Positions 1-13,000 of a stretch of DNA of 64,000 nt are shown here, piece after piece. The position numbers were made by a program, and so were the translations under genes. The notes under the pieces were generated by a model. It saw only the letters and a list, made by a program, of their open reading frames with translations. It did no database searches and was not told the DNA's origin. Within the stretch, counting starts at the first letter, position 1. Every line of letters begins with the position of its first letter. Origin of the DNA: Lytechinus pictus (Eukaryota); NCBI RefSeq assembly GCF_037042905.1, contig NC_087245.1:13642001-13706000 (forward strand), in the 5' to 3' direction.

Positions 1-599
1 CTTCTCTTCAATCAATGATTTATTGCTTGCCAAATTCTTCAGTTTTCTCAGTGTTATCTGGACTTAACACTCTGTCCAGCCGTACTTGTACAACAAGTTG
101 ACATGAACTACCAGGGCTTATTACAATCAAAGGCCATTAACTAGAAGGAAAACAATTATTTTGAGTATTTTTCTTTATTGGTAGGTGAAAGTTGAATTAA
201 AGCTAGATTTTCTTCAAAATGTGAAGGTGATAATGATTTCTTTTGGTATTATCTCAAAAACTGAGTTGCATCCTTCTGTTGGCCAAGCATCTATTATGTA
301 TGATATTTTCAGGCTTTTTGTTCAGACATTCATACATTCATTACTGGATCCTTTCTTAATACATGTATCTGCACCCTATTAATCATACTTTATGCATAGA
401 TCGAATGTGTATAAACCTGGTTTCAAACCACATATTATTCAAAATCAACTTTACCAGTTCATGAGATATGACAGACATACAAGTCTTTACCTAGCGTTAA
501 GTAGTAAACAAGGATGCAACGTCCAAAACATACAGTATATTGGTAACAGAATTGCAATGACCATTTTAACCCCCCCCCCCATGTATTTATACTCAACAG

Positions 600-1093
600 A
601 TAATGTCATCGATCAGGACCTGTCACCTGGAGCCTCCCTGAGTTGGGTTGGAACAACCTTTGTCATATTAGATCTATCCACAGTCAGCTGTAGCTCTCTC
701 GTCTACTTCTGCATCTTGGCTGAAAGGAACCCCGACTCTCAGAGAAAAGATCTATCACCTCTTAATTTCGATGTTAACTCGTACATCGTTTGTGAGCAGA
801 TAGAGTGTGTGGGGCTTGAGATCGACACACTGACACTTACCCACAACGCAGATCAAGGTGACCCTCTGCGGGAGTTGGTAACCGGCAACCAGGACTTCTA
901 CTTGGACCTGACCATTGATCCTCTTTCGACCAGCGGCGGTGTGTCGGGTAACTGGACATTTGATGTCTACTTCAGTGACATGCAAGACTGTTCGAGTACG
1001 CCTACCAGTCTTCCGACCATTACTGTTGTTCCCTCAATGAAACAAATCTACCAAGACGTGGATGGACAATTGGTCACAATTGAAGGGATTCAA
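600..1093 (+). CDS. Exon 1: C-half of repeat R0 and N-part of R1
   Basis: cag|AT...CAA|gtaagt; DNVIDQDL...CEQIECVGLEIDT...IEGIQ. Confidence 0.85.
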
Positions 1094-4000
1094 GTAAGTG
1101 TCTTGTACCTGATCAATCACGATACATTCATGCAGGAATAAGGTTTGTTGCTTACAGCTTCATGGAAGGAATACCCCCTCCCCCTCATGATAATCAATAT
1201 TAATGAATTAATATAGAAAGGAAGGAATAAATTGATAAAATGAATAAATAAATAAATGAACAAGATATGAAAAAATGAATGCAAAAAAATTGAATAAAAA
1301 ATGAAATAGGACATAAATACAATAATAAATGAATAGATAAATGAATGAATGAAATACATGTAATACATCCAAATTATTGTACCATAAAAACTTTTTTCTT
1401 GAAATTCTAAAATCATTAGATTTATGTCTATGTACATACACAATATAATTAAGTATCTCAATTTTTATTAATGCAAAATGTATAGATTTTCTGGTGACAC
1501 TCATGTGCCTTACAGAAAATTTATTCAACACTATTTAAGTGGTCTAGGGCTGCTTTTATTCATATTCACAACCTTGGAGCATGGTTTAAAACTTCTGTTC
1601 AAATCATGGCTGCATTCAAGCTACAATGTAGTTTGCTTGGTTGTATACATAAAAAGTCTTTCACAAAGAACAAAGAATGTGCATTTTAAAAGGATTTGCA
1701 GGATAAGCCTTTAAACAAAGAACTACTTTTATGAACAAAAATAGCTGAAATCTGGCTGCAATGACCATCTATGTGTTTTAATATTTATTACTCTAGTTAA
1801 AAAAAAAAACATGTAATGTACCATACATGGTATCTGTAATTTATTTATCATGCAGGCACTATTATTGTTATGTTGCTACAATTGTTTGTTCTTATGAACA
1901 AATCATATTGATTTGGTCTATTTCTTCTCAGGTGAAGGTTGATCTGTCAAGGTTTGCATGTTCAAGCGCTCCGTACATGTGCTTAAATTTAACCAGTGCT
2001 TCATCTATGTCTCAAGCTATCACGGGCGAAACTACTGCTAGTTTACGTTATAATTGTAAAGGTAAGCCTTTAGGAAAATTTCTATGGCCATATTCTGAAC
2101 TTTGGTTCAACTTAAGGCTGTTCAAGAGTTATTGTTGAGTGCATCATGATATCTGCTCCTATTTTATGCTATGCATATTGACGTCAAAATGAATGAACAG
2201 GTGATTAATTAGCTGCAGGGATCAGGAGATATTTGCATGCTAACTGTAGGGCCCGTTGCAGAAAGAGTTGCAATCGATCGCAACTCTAAAAATCATTTGC
2301 AACTTGATTTTCAACCAATCAACAGCGTGCATTTGGGACTTGCGATTGATTTTTTGGCTTGAGTTTGAACACAAATCTTTCTGCAACGGGGCCCTGTCTT
2401 ACAATTGATCCAATCAATCCTAGCTCCATTGAAATCCATCAGTGTCATAATTTTTTCTACAGGAAATTTGCAAAATGTACTTTGTAAACAAAGGAGATCA
2501 CACCAAATTGTCAAGAAATCAATGAATTTATGGATATACATTCATATCTAGAATTTTTTTAACAAACATGTATTTTATATGTTGACTTTGCCGGCTTTCC
2601 ATACATGTAGTTGCGATTGATCCGATCAATTGCAACTCTTTGTAAGACAGGCCCTGAAGTACTCTTCTGTCATGCCAATTAGCCAATCCATGAACCCTCT
2701 TTTTAAAAGCCTCCACAACTTCAGAATACTTCACTCTGCAGTGCTGCAAAGTATGACAAATATGACCTCGAGTTTGAATAGCACTCATTACCTTGTGAAT
2801 TTCTCTTTATACTTCAGGAAATAAGTGTATTCAATTATCCGTTTTAGCGAACACAATAAATGAAATGAAATGAATAGATTGGAGAGTGGTTTTGAATTTT
2901 TTCTCACCTTTGGTGTGTTTTTGGTGTTTTTAAAGACACTTATGCTCCAAAAAAAGCACATGAACCCCTATTTTTTTAATGTTTACACCTACCTCTGCAA
3001 CCTTGCAAATTCTGGTGAAAATAAAATGGGTTTTGAGTTAAGTACAGCATTCATTGTACTTCTTGTATTTTATAAAAATTTCAAATCGTTATCATCCTTC
3101 TCACTGTTTTTCAGAATTGAGGTTGTGCTAGCCTTAAAAGAGCAAATAAACAGCAATATGAAGTCTCTGTCTGAAGTATAGATTAATGAACTTTACTGTA
3201 ACATGTAATGAAATAGCTCAGAGTTCAAAGAATTAATCTCATACCTTAAAATTGATTTGTGCTACCATGTGATTTTGTATGACAATAAATTACAGTTTAT
3301 GCAAAAGATCCATTCTCCTCGTCACTGACCTAAAGATTAGGGGGCGCTGGGGGCCATGGTCCCACAAAAGTTTCATGTTCAAGAAATAAGGGGGGGGGGA
3401 ATAAAGAAAATGAAAGATAGGAGGGGAAAATGTGATATGATATTCTGAAGAGTATGTCAATTTCTATCACCAAATTAGATGTTTGCATTAAAAAGGTCAA
3501 AATGTTTGCTTGTTCGCTCGCAGCTTTTTAGGAATTTGCCCCATACATGTAGACCATGTCTGGCCCCCTCAATTTGTTTGGCTAACGACTCCACTGTGCC
3601 ATTTGTCTTTAAAAAAAGTAGAATTAGCTGGGATACATGGGGGACAGGTTAGTGAATCTCATTTTTTTAAAAATTATTTTCATGTATGAAATTTGATGAA
3701 ATTGGAACAATTAGATTTATTTGAAAGAGTGAAATAGTTTTCATTTTGGAAAAGACTGTGAGGATAGGGCTGTGTTTGAAAAACAGTATAGTTCAGGATT
3801 GATGAAATCTTTAAAAGAAACCCTTTGACATTATATGAAGGGATAAAAAGAGCATTGATTGTTCATTTATAAGAAAATTCAAAGTTTGAAACTGCAAGCT
3901 AGCAAAAGGAATTTAATCACATCCTCCAGTCATCCCATGTAGGACAATGGATTTTGAAAGTCTAAATTGCTTTCATTCTCCAACATGACAAAATTAGTTA

Positions 4001-7000
4001 TTTCTGTTATTAGTCTGAATTGGTCATTTTTGTCTCGCCTGCATAGCAGAGTGAGACTATAGGCACCGCTTTTCCGGCGGCGATGGTAGCGGAGCCGTCA
4101 ACATTGAAATCTTAACCAAGGTTAAGTTTTTGAAATGTGAAAAAAGTATATGGACCTAGTTTATGAAATTAGGACATAAGATTAATCAAGTATTACTGAG
4201 CATCTGTTCTGAGTACCAGCTCACATGACCAAGGTCAAAGGTCATTTAGGGTCAACGAACTTTGATAATGTTGGGGGTATTTGTGGAATTGTGTCATCAT
4301 AACTTTAAACGTTTATAGATCTAGTTCATGAAATTTGGACATGAGAGTAACCATGTATCCCTAAATATATTGTGCTTGTTTCAGGTCACATGACCCAAAT
4401 CAAACTCATTTAGAGTCAATGAACTTTGGCTGTGTTGGGGGTATTTGTTGAATTGGCATCATAACTTAGAAAGTTTATGGATCTACACATTGTACTTCAT
4501 GAAACATAGACATAAGGGTAATCAAGTATGAATGATTGTTTTGTACGTCTTAGGTCACATGATCATGGTCAAACGTCATGTTGGGTCAATGGACATAGTA
4601 TTTTATTATCATATGAGTGTTTTCTTTTGTGAATAATTATTTAATAGCAGTTTTCAAAGTCAGCACTGCTGATATATCGAATCGCGTAATGCAGGCGAGA
4701 CTGCCAGAGGCGTTCCACTTGTTTTCCTGGTCATTGGTCTTTTTTTAAAACTGTATGTTATCTTTGAACTCCACAGGAATCAATCTTGTTGCTGACAGTG
4801 TCGTACTGAATAATATGCCAGTGGTCACAGAGCGTGCTCAAGGCGTTACGTTCGATGTTGATCTAAACGTGATTGCCAGAAGCGATGGCGGTGGTGCCAT
4901 TGATACCATTACAGGTCCTCTTTGGACCGCTTCATTTTTCTTTAGTCCTAACCAGAATGGCAATCCGATGGAACTACAAAGCAGTGCTACTACTGGACAA
5001 TGGGCTAGCATAGGTAATCTTCCTTTCTTTCTAAACCTCTGCAGATATTGTAATGGTATTTTTAAAGACTCCTACTGTATTAGGGCTGTGTATACGAACA
5101 GCATTGTTTTTTTTTATTTGTTTGAGTGTCTTAAACATTATGTTGTATACTTTCAGTATAAACCAATATTGTTTGCTGTTTTTTGTTGATGGTTGAATAA
5201 GTTATATTGAAAATGAAATTGTAGCATATTTTGTGGGGCTTTTGTTTGTTTAATTAATTCACCAGGTTATAGACATCACATGTAACTTATGCAGATCTCT
5301 CTGTATTCCACCCATTCCTCATATTAAAGGTTATTATATAAATATTGACTGCTCATATATATTCTAGCTCAAAATAAAATAAAGTGATCTCAGTTGCCAG
5401 TGTTGACCAAATGGTTATTAGATTAAATTTTTTTTAATGATAATGGATAAGATCATGAGGAATGAGCTTCGGTGGTTATTTTACCAAGTAGGATTATTAC
5501 ACTGAGTGGCATTCATTCATTAATTACAATTTTACAGATGTGCCGTCTGCCCGGGTAGGCTCTTCGGCTGATACTCCTACAGAATTGAGCAGTATCCCTG
5601 TCACTATCAACCTTGATTCAACCTGTGCTAACATGCAATGGTTGTGTGTTCAGCTCGACAATCATACAAATGCTTTGTTTACCTTTGAAGTGAGCAGCAG
5701 TGATAGAACAGCTTGCCTTCAGATAACGGAATGCCACGGTAAGTCATAGTTTTACTTCCGGCTTGGTCCCCAAGGGTTAGGATATCTTAAAGGACAAGTC
5801 CAACCCAACAAAAAGTTGATTTGAATAAAAAGAGAAAAATTCAACAAGCATAACACTGAAAATTTCATCAAAATCAGATATAAGATAAGAAAGTTATGAC
5901 ATTTTAAAGTTTTGCTTAACTTCACAAAACATTTATATGCACATCCTGGTGGGTATGCAAATGAGGAAACTGATGACGTCGTCCACTCACTATTTCTTTT
6001 GTATTTTATTATACAAAATAGGGAATATCCAATTTTTCTCCTCATTGTCAAGTAAAACAACAATTAATTCCTCCCTGAACACGTGGAATTAGTATTGTTT
6101 AATACTATTTGATTCAGTCAAGTTGGTTCTTATTTTCAAATCTATAAAAATGAAATATTGTATCATTCAAACAAAAAAAAATAGTGAGTGAGGGACATCA
6201 TTTGAGTTGTGCATATCACTGTTTTGTGGAAAATAAGCAAAACTTTAAAATGTCATAACTTTCTTATTTTACATCCAATTTTGATGAAATTTTCAGCATT
6301 ATGCTAGTTTGATTTTTCTCTATTTATCCAAATCAGCATTTTTGTGGGGTGGACTTGACCTTTAATTTCCTCATGCTGGCAGCAATTGCCCTTGGCCTCC
6401 CCTATTCAACCTACATATAGTTCATCCCCCGTCCTCCATTTTGTGGAGTTGTTGAGGATGAGTGGATAAGTCCCCATACATTGAACAACAAAACTAAACC
6501 ACCTTACACCAGCTGTCACAGCTGCCTCGCATCCTCTACCCATACATATCCTGTTTCCCAGAAAACAAGAACTCCTTCACTGAATCCACACCATGACATG
6601 GCCTTTCCACCATCCCTATAACTCTTTTTTTTTTGTACCCCCACACACAAGATCTTTTGCCCATCAAGTCATTGACATCAAACCACTGTGGAATTGTCTA
6701 CACATTCATCCAAATTATCAGAGTACATATTTTGTTTTGTCCGTCTGTATTCTGTTATCTTTTGAACATCTGTATTCTTACATAGTATCTACATTGTAGT
6801 AGTAATATTCATATATTCAATATACTCAATGCCATCTGGCAGTAGAACAAGACCTATATCATTGAAATAGGTTTAACCCTAAAATGATTTATATACTTTT
6901 TTTTGCTAGTTTCTTGTAACACCTTATAGCTCATTAGACGTCATGAGATGGTAATCTCCAAAATAAAGACAGGTTTAATTCCTACATGAAACAAGAAATT

Positions 7001-10000
7001 CAGTCTATATTTTCATGAAATGCTCAAGACATTCCTCATCCTTCATTCACAAAAAGGGTAATGTATCTACAGGGTTCCCACAGTCATGGTAAATCCTGGA
7101 AAATCCTGGAAAAATTTGTGGTCATGGAAAGTCATGGACTTTGGGAAATTTGTGAAAAGTCATAGAAAAGTTGTGGTATTGCATTTACCTCTTGGCTATC
7201 ACAGCTTTCCGGTTTGTCGTGTCTTGCAACTCTCATACTCTGCTATTGTAATTGGTGTTCATGATTTCCATTTTTTCCAGTTTTGTGACATCCCAAATTC
7301 TACATTTCCTCCCGGATGTGGGGGAAGTCATGGAAAGCAGCAATTTAGTCATGGAAAAGTCATGGAATTCTGTTTTCAAATTTCTGTTGGAACCCTCATC
7401 AGAATTCATTTAAAATCATTGTATAATAACAATATCTGTCTTCTCATTTCTTAATGAAAACAATTATTTGCACAATTCAGCATGAGATTAATTCATATTT
7501 GGTGAAGATGTTAATCTTATTTCTTTCGCCAACAATTTTATTCTTCTATTTGTTTCCAGGTGTGGAAATCGAAGAAACAAACGTGGCTATAGCAGATCCA
7601 TCATCAATCACTGTAATTGAAAACACACCAACTATCCTTAATCCTGAACTAGTCATTGATGGGCAGGCTGCAGCTACGAGTGCCTCCATCAGTGGAATAA
7701 ATCTGTGGAGCCTAGAGATATTCACTAGTTCTGATGGGATGTCAAAGGATGGAGGGGTCAACTTCTTGGAAACATTAACATCAAACCAGGTGGGGTAATT
7801 TTGCCTTGAGCTTGGAATGCTCCCCAGGAAGCGGAGAATCTTTTTTTTTTCTTCAAAACTTTGTAAATATGATAATATTTTATGGGGTTAGTTGAATGTA
7901 TCCATTAACCACAAAGCAGGTGTGTAAGTCATAATATTGGTTGAATGAAAGGAATGCTTTTCCTCTTGATCATGCTCTCTTTGACCTTTTCATATGACTG
8001 TGCCTAAATCCTCAGTAACATAATTCCTTTTAGATAGATAATCATCTCACTGGAACAATGATCATTATCATTTGAATGTATGATTGCGGTACAATCAATC
8101 ATTCATATAAAACAATTTTTTTTTATGCTTCCAATTTTCAGGAAGAAACTGCAATCACCACCGCAGGGGCCAGCTTTAACTTTACAGATGATGATCTGAT
8201 TGATATAACTTTTAACATGTCAAACCAACCCTGTGCTCTAAACAACTACCTCTGTGTAGAAATCATGATGGGGATGTCCCCTGAACCTACATTCACCCTG
8301 GAAGGTAACACGACAGCCTGTGTAAATCTCAACTGTAAAGGTAAGTATTAAGGTTCACTCAAACAGAAGTTTTGTGTTTTGGATTTTCACATCTGTGCAT
8401 CTATCAGGCTTGGTTATTTGTGTCTAGGGCTGACCTTTAAAGGCATACATGTATGGACGAGTAGCCTTGAAAGCGCCCTCTCAAGTCCTCACCTTCTCAC
8501 AGCTGGCCAGGTTCATTTCCAATAATGCAACATGATAGCACTTTAGTTTTGTAAAATATAGGTCCACTTGGATATTAGCACCCGCTAATGTACTTCTCAA
8601 TACATTCATATCAAAATAATTATGTTACCAAGTAGCAAAACAGGTACTTTTCTTTTAAAAAACATGATAGTTTTTCCACACATATGCCAATATATCGTCT
8701 GTATTACAAATAGTTATCTCAAGTTATATTCTATGACTAGCTATTTTTAACACACAATCAATGGGAAACCACTCACCGTGTCGTTCAGCTCGATCCCCCT
8801 TTAATGAAATATTACAAAAGATGTTAAGGAGCCATGTAGCATATGAACAAGTGCTGTGGCCAGGTTTTGAACCCTGGATTTCATGTCTCTAGTCCAGCCC
8901 ATCAGACCACGGCACCCCACTCTGGATACAGCATGATAAAGCTTATCAACAGGACTTAGCTGATTTGTGTCTACAAAGCTCACTATACAATCTGTACATT
9001 ATTCCAATATTAGAACTTTCATTACCATTCAGATCAACTTCATAATTTGATTGCATTTGGTCAGGTAGCATGTCGAGCTATAAAATCAGGAGCTTTGTAC
9101 TTTTCTTGAGTAGTTGAGTGTTGACTAATGCTAGCCATCTGTACGCATGTATGTGTGTATTGATATGGCACATTTTTTACATGCCCGTCCTAGACGTCCG
9201 TGCGTTAACTTTTCCTTGTAAACATAATAACTTCAGTTTAGCTTAACCTGGGCTCATATAATTTGGTGTGTATGATACTAGCATGGATCCTAGGAAGTCT
9301 ATAGATTTTGAGGTGAAAAGGTCAAAGGTCAATGTTGTCCGCATTACATTCGGGCATATAATGTGCTCGCCCCAGCAGCACTCTTGTTATGTAAATAAGC
9401 AAGGGAGACAATAATACTTACCTCAAACAAGGGGGGGGGTCTCTTTTAATTTCCTTAATTGGATGCATCATTCATAGACACATTAAAACAGAGAGGTGTG
9501 GATTTCTGTCTCAGCCATGACATGTTTTCTTTCACAAAGAAATTTATCTACATCGGGCTGCAGTCAACCCAGGTGAGGTGAATGGGCACTCAGCAAGATT
9601 TCTTCATTTACTCTTGTGCCTATGGCCTCTCAGCTGTAGCTGGGGTAATATTATGATGTCATGTATTACAGTATACCAGTAGAGTATATTAGCTGTGTTA
9701 TACTGTTACTCATCATTATCAAATTATGATTTGTCCAAACTTCAGCACTTAATTACCACAATTGCTTTTTTTTTTAATGAACAGGAATAATCGTGACAGA
9801 TACCGTGAACAACATCACCTCCATCCCCAATGGCGGTGTCCTTGTGGAAGGTTTCTCAAACCAGGCAGTTAATCTTGAGGTCACGCTAACCACTGACGGC
9901 AGTGGAGCTGAGGGGTCCGGTACAGGGCTGTGGCAGCTTGATGTCTTCACCAACGCATTTGAGAATGGCACCGGGGTGGTCAAGCAGTTTGATGCATCAT

Positions 10001-13000
10001 TGACAACTGGAAGCTGGATAGATACTGCAGTCCCCGCAGGCACCGCCACTTCGCTGACGGTGCCTGTAATGGTTGATTTATCAGGCCAGCTATGCATGGA
10101 TGTGAGTAAAATATCAGGAATAAAAGATTTAAATATGCCCAAATCGGATTGAGGTGAAAAGTATTTACCTTCAAATTACTGAATGAATTGATCCAGAGTA
10201 TTGCAATGTACTAGTCTTATTTCTTCCGGAAGAGATTTACGGCAGTGGGGATTTTTGCATTGGTAGTCTTGAACTTCCACCAAGGGATATAAAGTTCAAT
10301 TACACCAGCTTTATTCAATGTTTTCACAAACCACAGCACCAAACTTGACAAGGAGGCTTGGGCTGGAACCCACCTTTCTTGTTTTTAGAGTCATCAATGT
10401 TATCATTACTATCATTTATATGCTAGCCTTGATTATACTTTTAAAGCTCATAACCATGTATCTAGTATCCAAGATCTCAGAAAGGCCCTTAGTAAATGAT
10501 AATAATAAACATTATAATTGGACCTGATGTTCTGCAAGATTGTGATTGAATTTTTTTTTTCTCGAAAATTTCCTAGCTTATTTTAACCTTATTTTGTGCT
10601 TCTCATAGGTAAACTACCTTTGTGTTAGGATCCGTGAAGGAGTTAACCCATCCCCAATGGTAACCCTTCAGTACTCAACCGGCCCAGAGAATTTTATTGG
10701 TTGTGCCCCTGTCACTTGTGAGAGTAAGTACAAAGTTTTTTATTTCAGATTTGAGGCCCCATCACACCTACTCATTTTGGTTACAAAACATTTAGTGCAT
10801 GTTTAGTGTGAAGATTCCCACTGGAATAATCAAACAGTTCGGTTATGGTGTTTCTATCCAATGTCAAACCAGGCCATTGTATTGACTCAGCCCATATACT
10901 TCTTGCAAGGGTACCACTTCATGAGGTTCATTTCAATAAATTTGATATGTTATTACAGGGCTCATATGGGATAAGGGATTCCAGAAAAGTCAGGGAATTT
11001 TAAAAGTGTAATTTTTGCAGGTAATAGATTCAATTCTTTTTAAAATCTCTAATCACAGCTATTTTTCAAACATCCATTTATCAAAAAGTCATTTTGAAAT
11101 GAGGCCTGTGAAGAATGTGGGATTCCTATCAAGATCAGGGAATTAAGATCTTTTTTTACAAGCTAAATGACAATAAGTATGTAGCGTCTTCTGGAAGTCG
11201 TAGAAGACAATTTATTCAAGAAGGTTACAGGTGACCAACCATCCTCCAGTTAGCAAAGATGTGCTTGGGTTGCCACAACGTGAGTAAGAACTGGTTTTGG
11301 AAGTCTTAACTATTCAGATCTTTATTCTCTGGAAAGCAAGTGAATTTGGGGGAATGCTTTTATGATGTTTTATATCATTATTTATGTTATGTGTAATCAC
11401 AGCTGCTGGAATCGAGCGCAACGGCTTTTCCTTCACCCCCATGAGGGTTGTTGAGCACCAAGTGGATCCTCAACCCTTTGATATCTCCGTGTCTTACATC
11501 TCTGAACCTGGTCGTGACAACATCACCGGAGCTGACCTCTGGAGTCTGACCGTCTTCTTCAGTGACTCTGAAAATGGGACCAACCCTGCAGTGGAAACCA
11601 AAGTTGATCTTGGCTCTCTCACCGATGCTCCTTTCTATTCTGGCCAAACCTTGAACTTCACCAATCTCAATGTGAATGTATCGTTGGAGGACTTCACCTG
11701 TTACATGCCCACGTACCTCTGTAGCCAGTTGGCAAAAGGAAACCCATTGAATGATTTTTACACACTTGAAATTAGACCAGATTGCCAGCCAATTCAGTGT
11801 GCTGGTAAGTTGATCCTTGTTTTTCTCTTCATTTCTTCTTATGCCTTGTGAAAGGAAGCACTTGTCTATTCTAATATGTGAATGCAATGTATCATGCATT
11901 GTCTACTGATAATTAACTGACCTTAAGATTTATAGCCACATGCTAAATAGAACATTCCTAAAAGAATATGTCCTTGTGTCCACTGTGGCACCATAAATCA
12001 AAGTTCAATGGACACCTGATCATTTTAGATTGTAAGAAAGATGCCAATGTTGTTACTTGTCTATATAAAGGCACTTTCTTTCGTGAACAGGCTATCCCAA
12101 AAAGGATGGTATTCTTTTGTTTGGTGTGCAAGCCCCATTTTATCTACAGGGTTCCCAGCCCATCATGGAAAGTTTTTTTTTTCCAGTCAGGGAAAAATCA
12201 GGGGATTTGATAAAACATACCTCAAATGAGGTAAAATCAGGGAATTTTGATCAGCCCAAAAGTCGAAAGCACGGTAGTCAGTCAGACTCTGGTATATTTT
12301 GTTGCATATCAAAACAACATCCATTGAATGACTGGTTATGGTGGTACTAATTAGTTTTTACTTTATTGTTTTATACTGAAAATACATGTAATTCACTGCA
12401 ACAACCTAGAAAACATGCAAAACTGGGAATGGGTTTGAATAATAATTAGGAAATTTTTTAACTTCATCAGGGAAAAATTAGGGGAAAATCAGGGAATTTT
12501 GTTTTCTTGAAAAGCTGGGAACCCTGTATCTAACCAATTACCATGGTAACAGTGCTTCTCCCCCAACCAAAATCAAGGAAAGTTATCAAATCTGACAACT
12601 TGTTTGACAAAAATGTTGAGGAAATGCTCCCCTTATGAATGTGGAGGAGCCGTGGTGTAGTGGTTCTGACTCTCGCCTTGTAAACAGAGGGTCGTGGGTT
12701 TGAATCCCACCACGGTCTGGCATCCTTTTGCAAGGCGTTAATCCACACTTTGCCACTCTCCACCCAGGTGCTAAATGGGTACCCGGTAGGATGTGAAAGT
12801 CATTGTAGCTTGTCCAGTACTGTGTGCGCCTTACCGGCGACTGACTGGAATACTCCCCAGGGAGTGGAGGATGTGCACACATTGTGTGCGGGAATGATTG
12901 ATTATTGAATCCGATGACCGGGTAATAATATATCTGTAAAGCGCTTAGACACGTCGTTCAGATGTATTAAGTGCTATATACATGTAAAAGCGGATTATTA

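Noticed and set aside
1117..1531. Hydrophobic minus-strand ORFs resembling membrane proteins
   Set aside because: Derived from low-complexity (ATAA/ATGA)n intron sequence
11387..11899. 170-aa minus-strand ORF (and similar ones at 755, 9774, 15238, 18555, 22798, 29988, 36008)
   Set aside because: Antisense shadows of the GC-richer + strand exons with no recognisable motifs
12643..12720. Possible tRNA gene (also near 51310-51385 and 61016-61090)
   Set aside because: A and B boxes run directly into a shared SINE body and simple-repeat tail, present in several decayed copies
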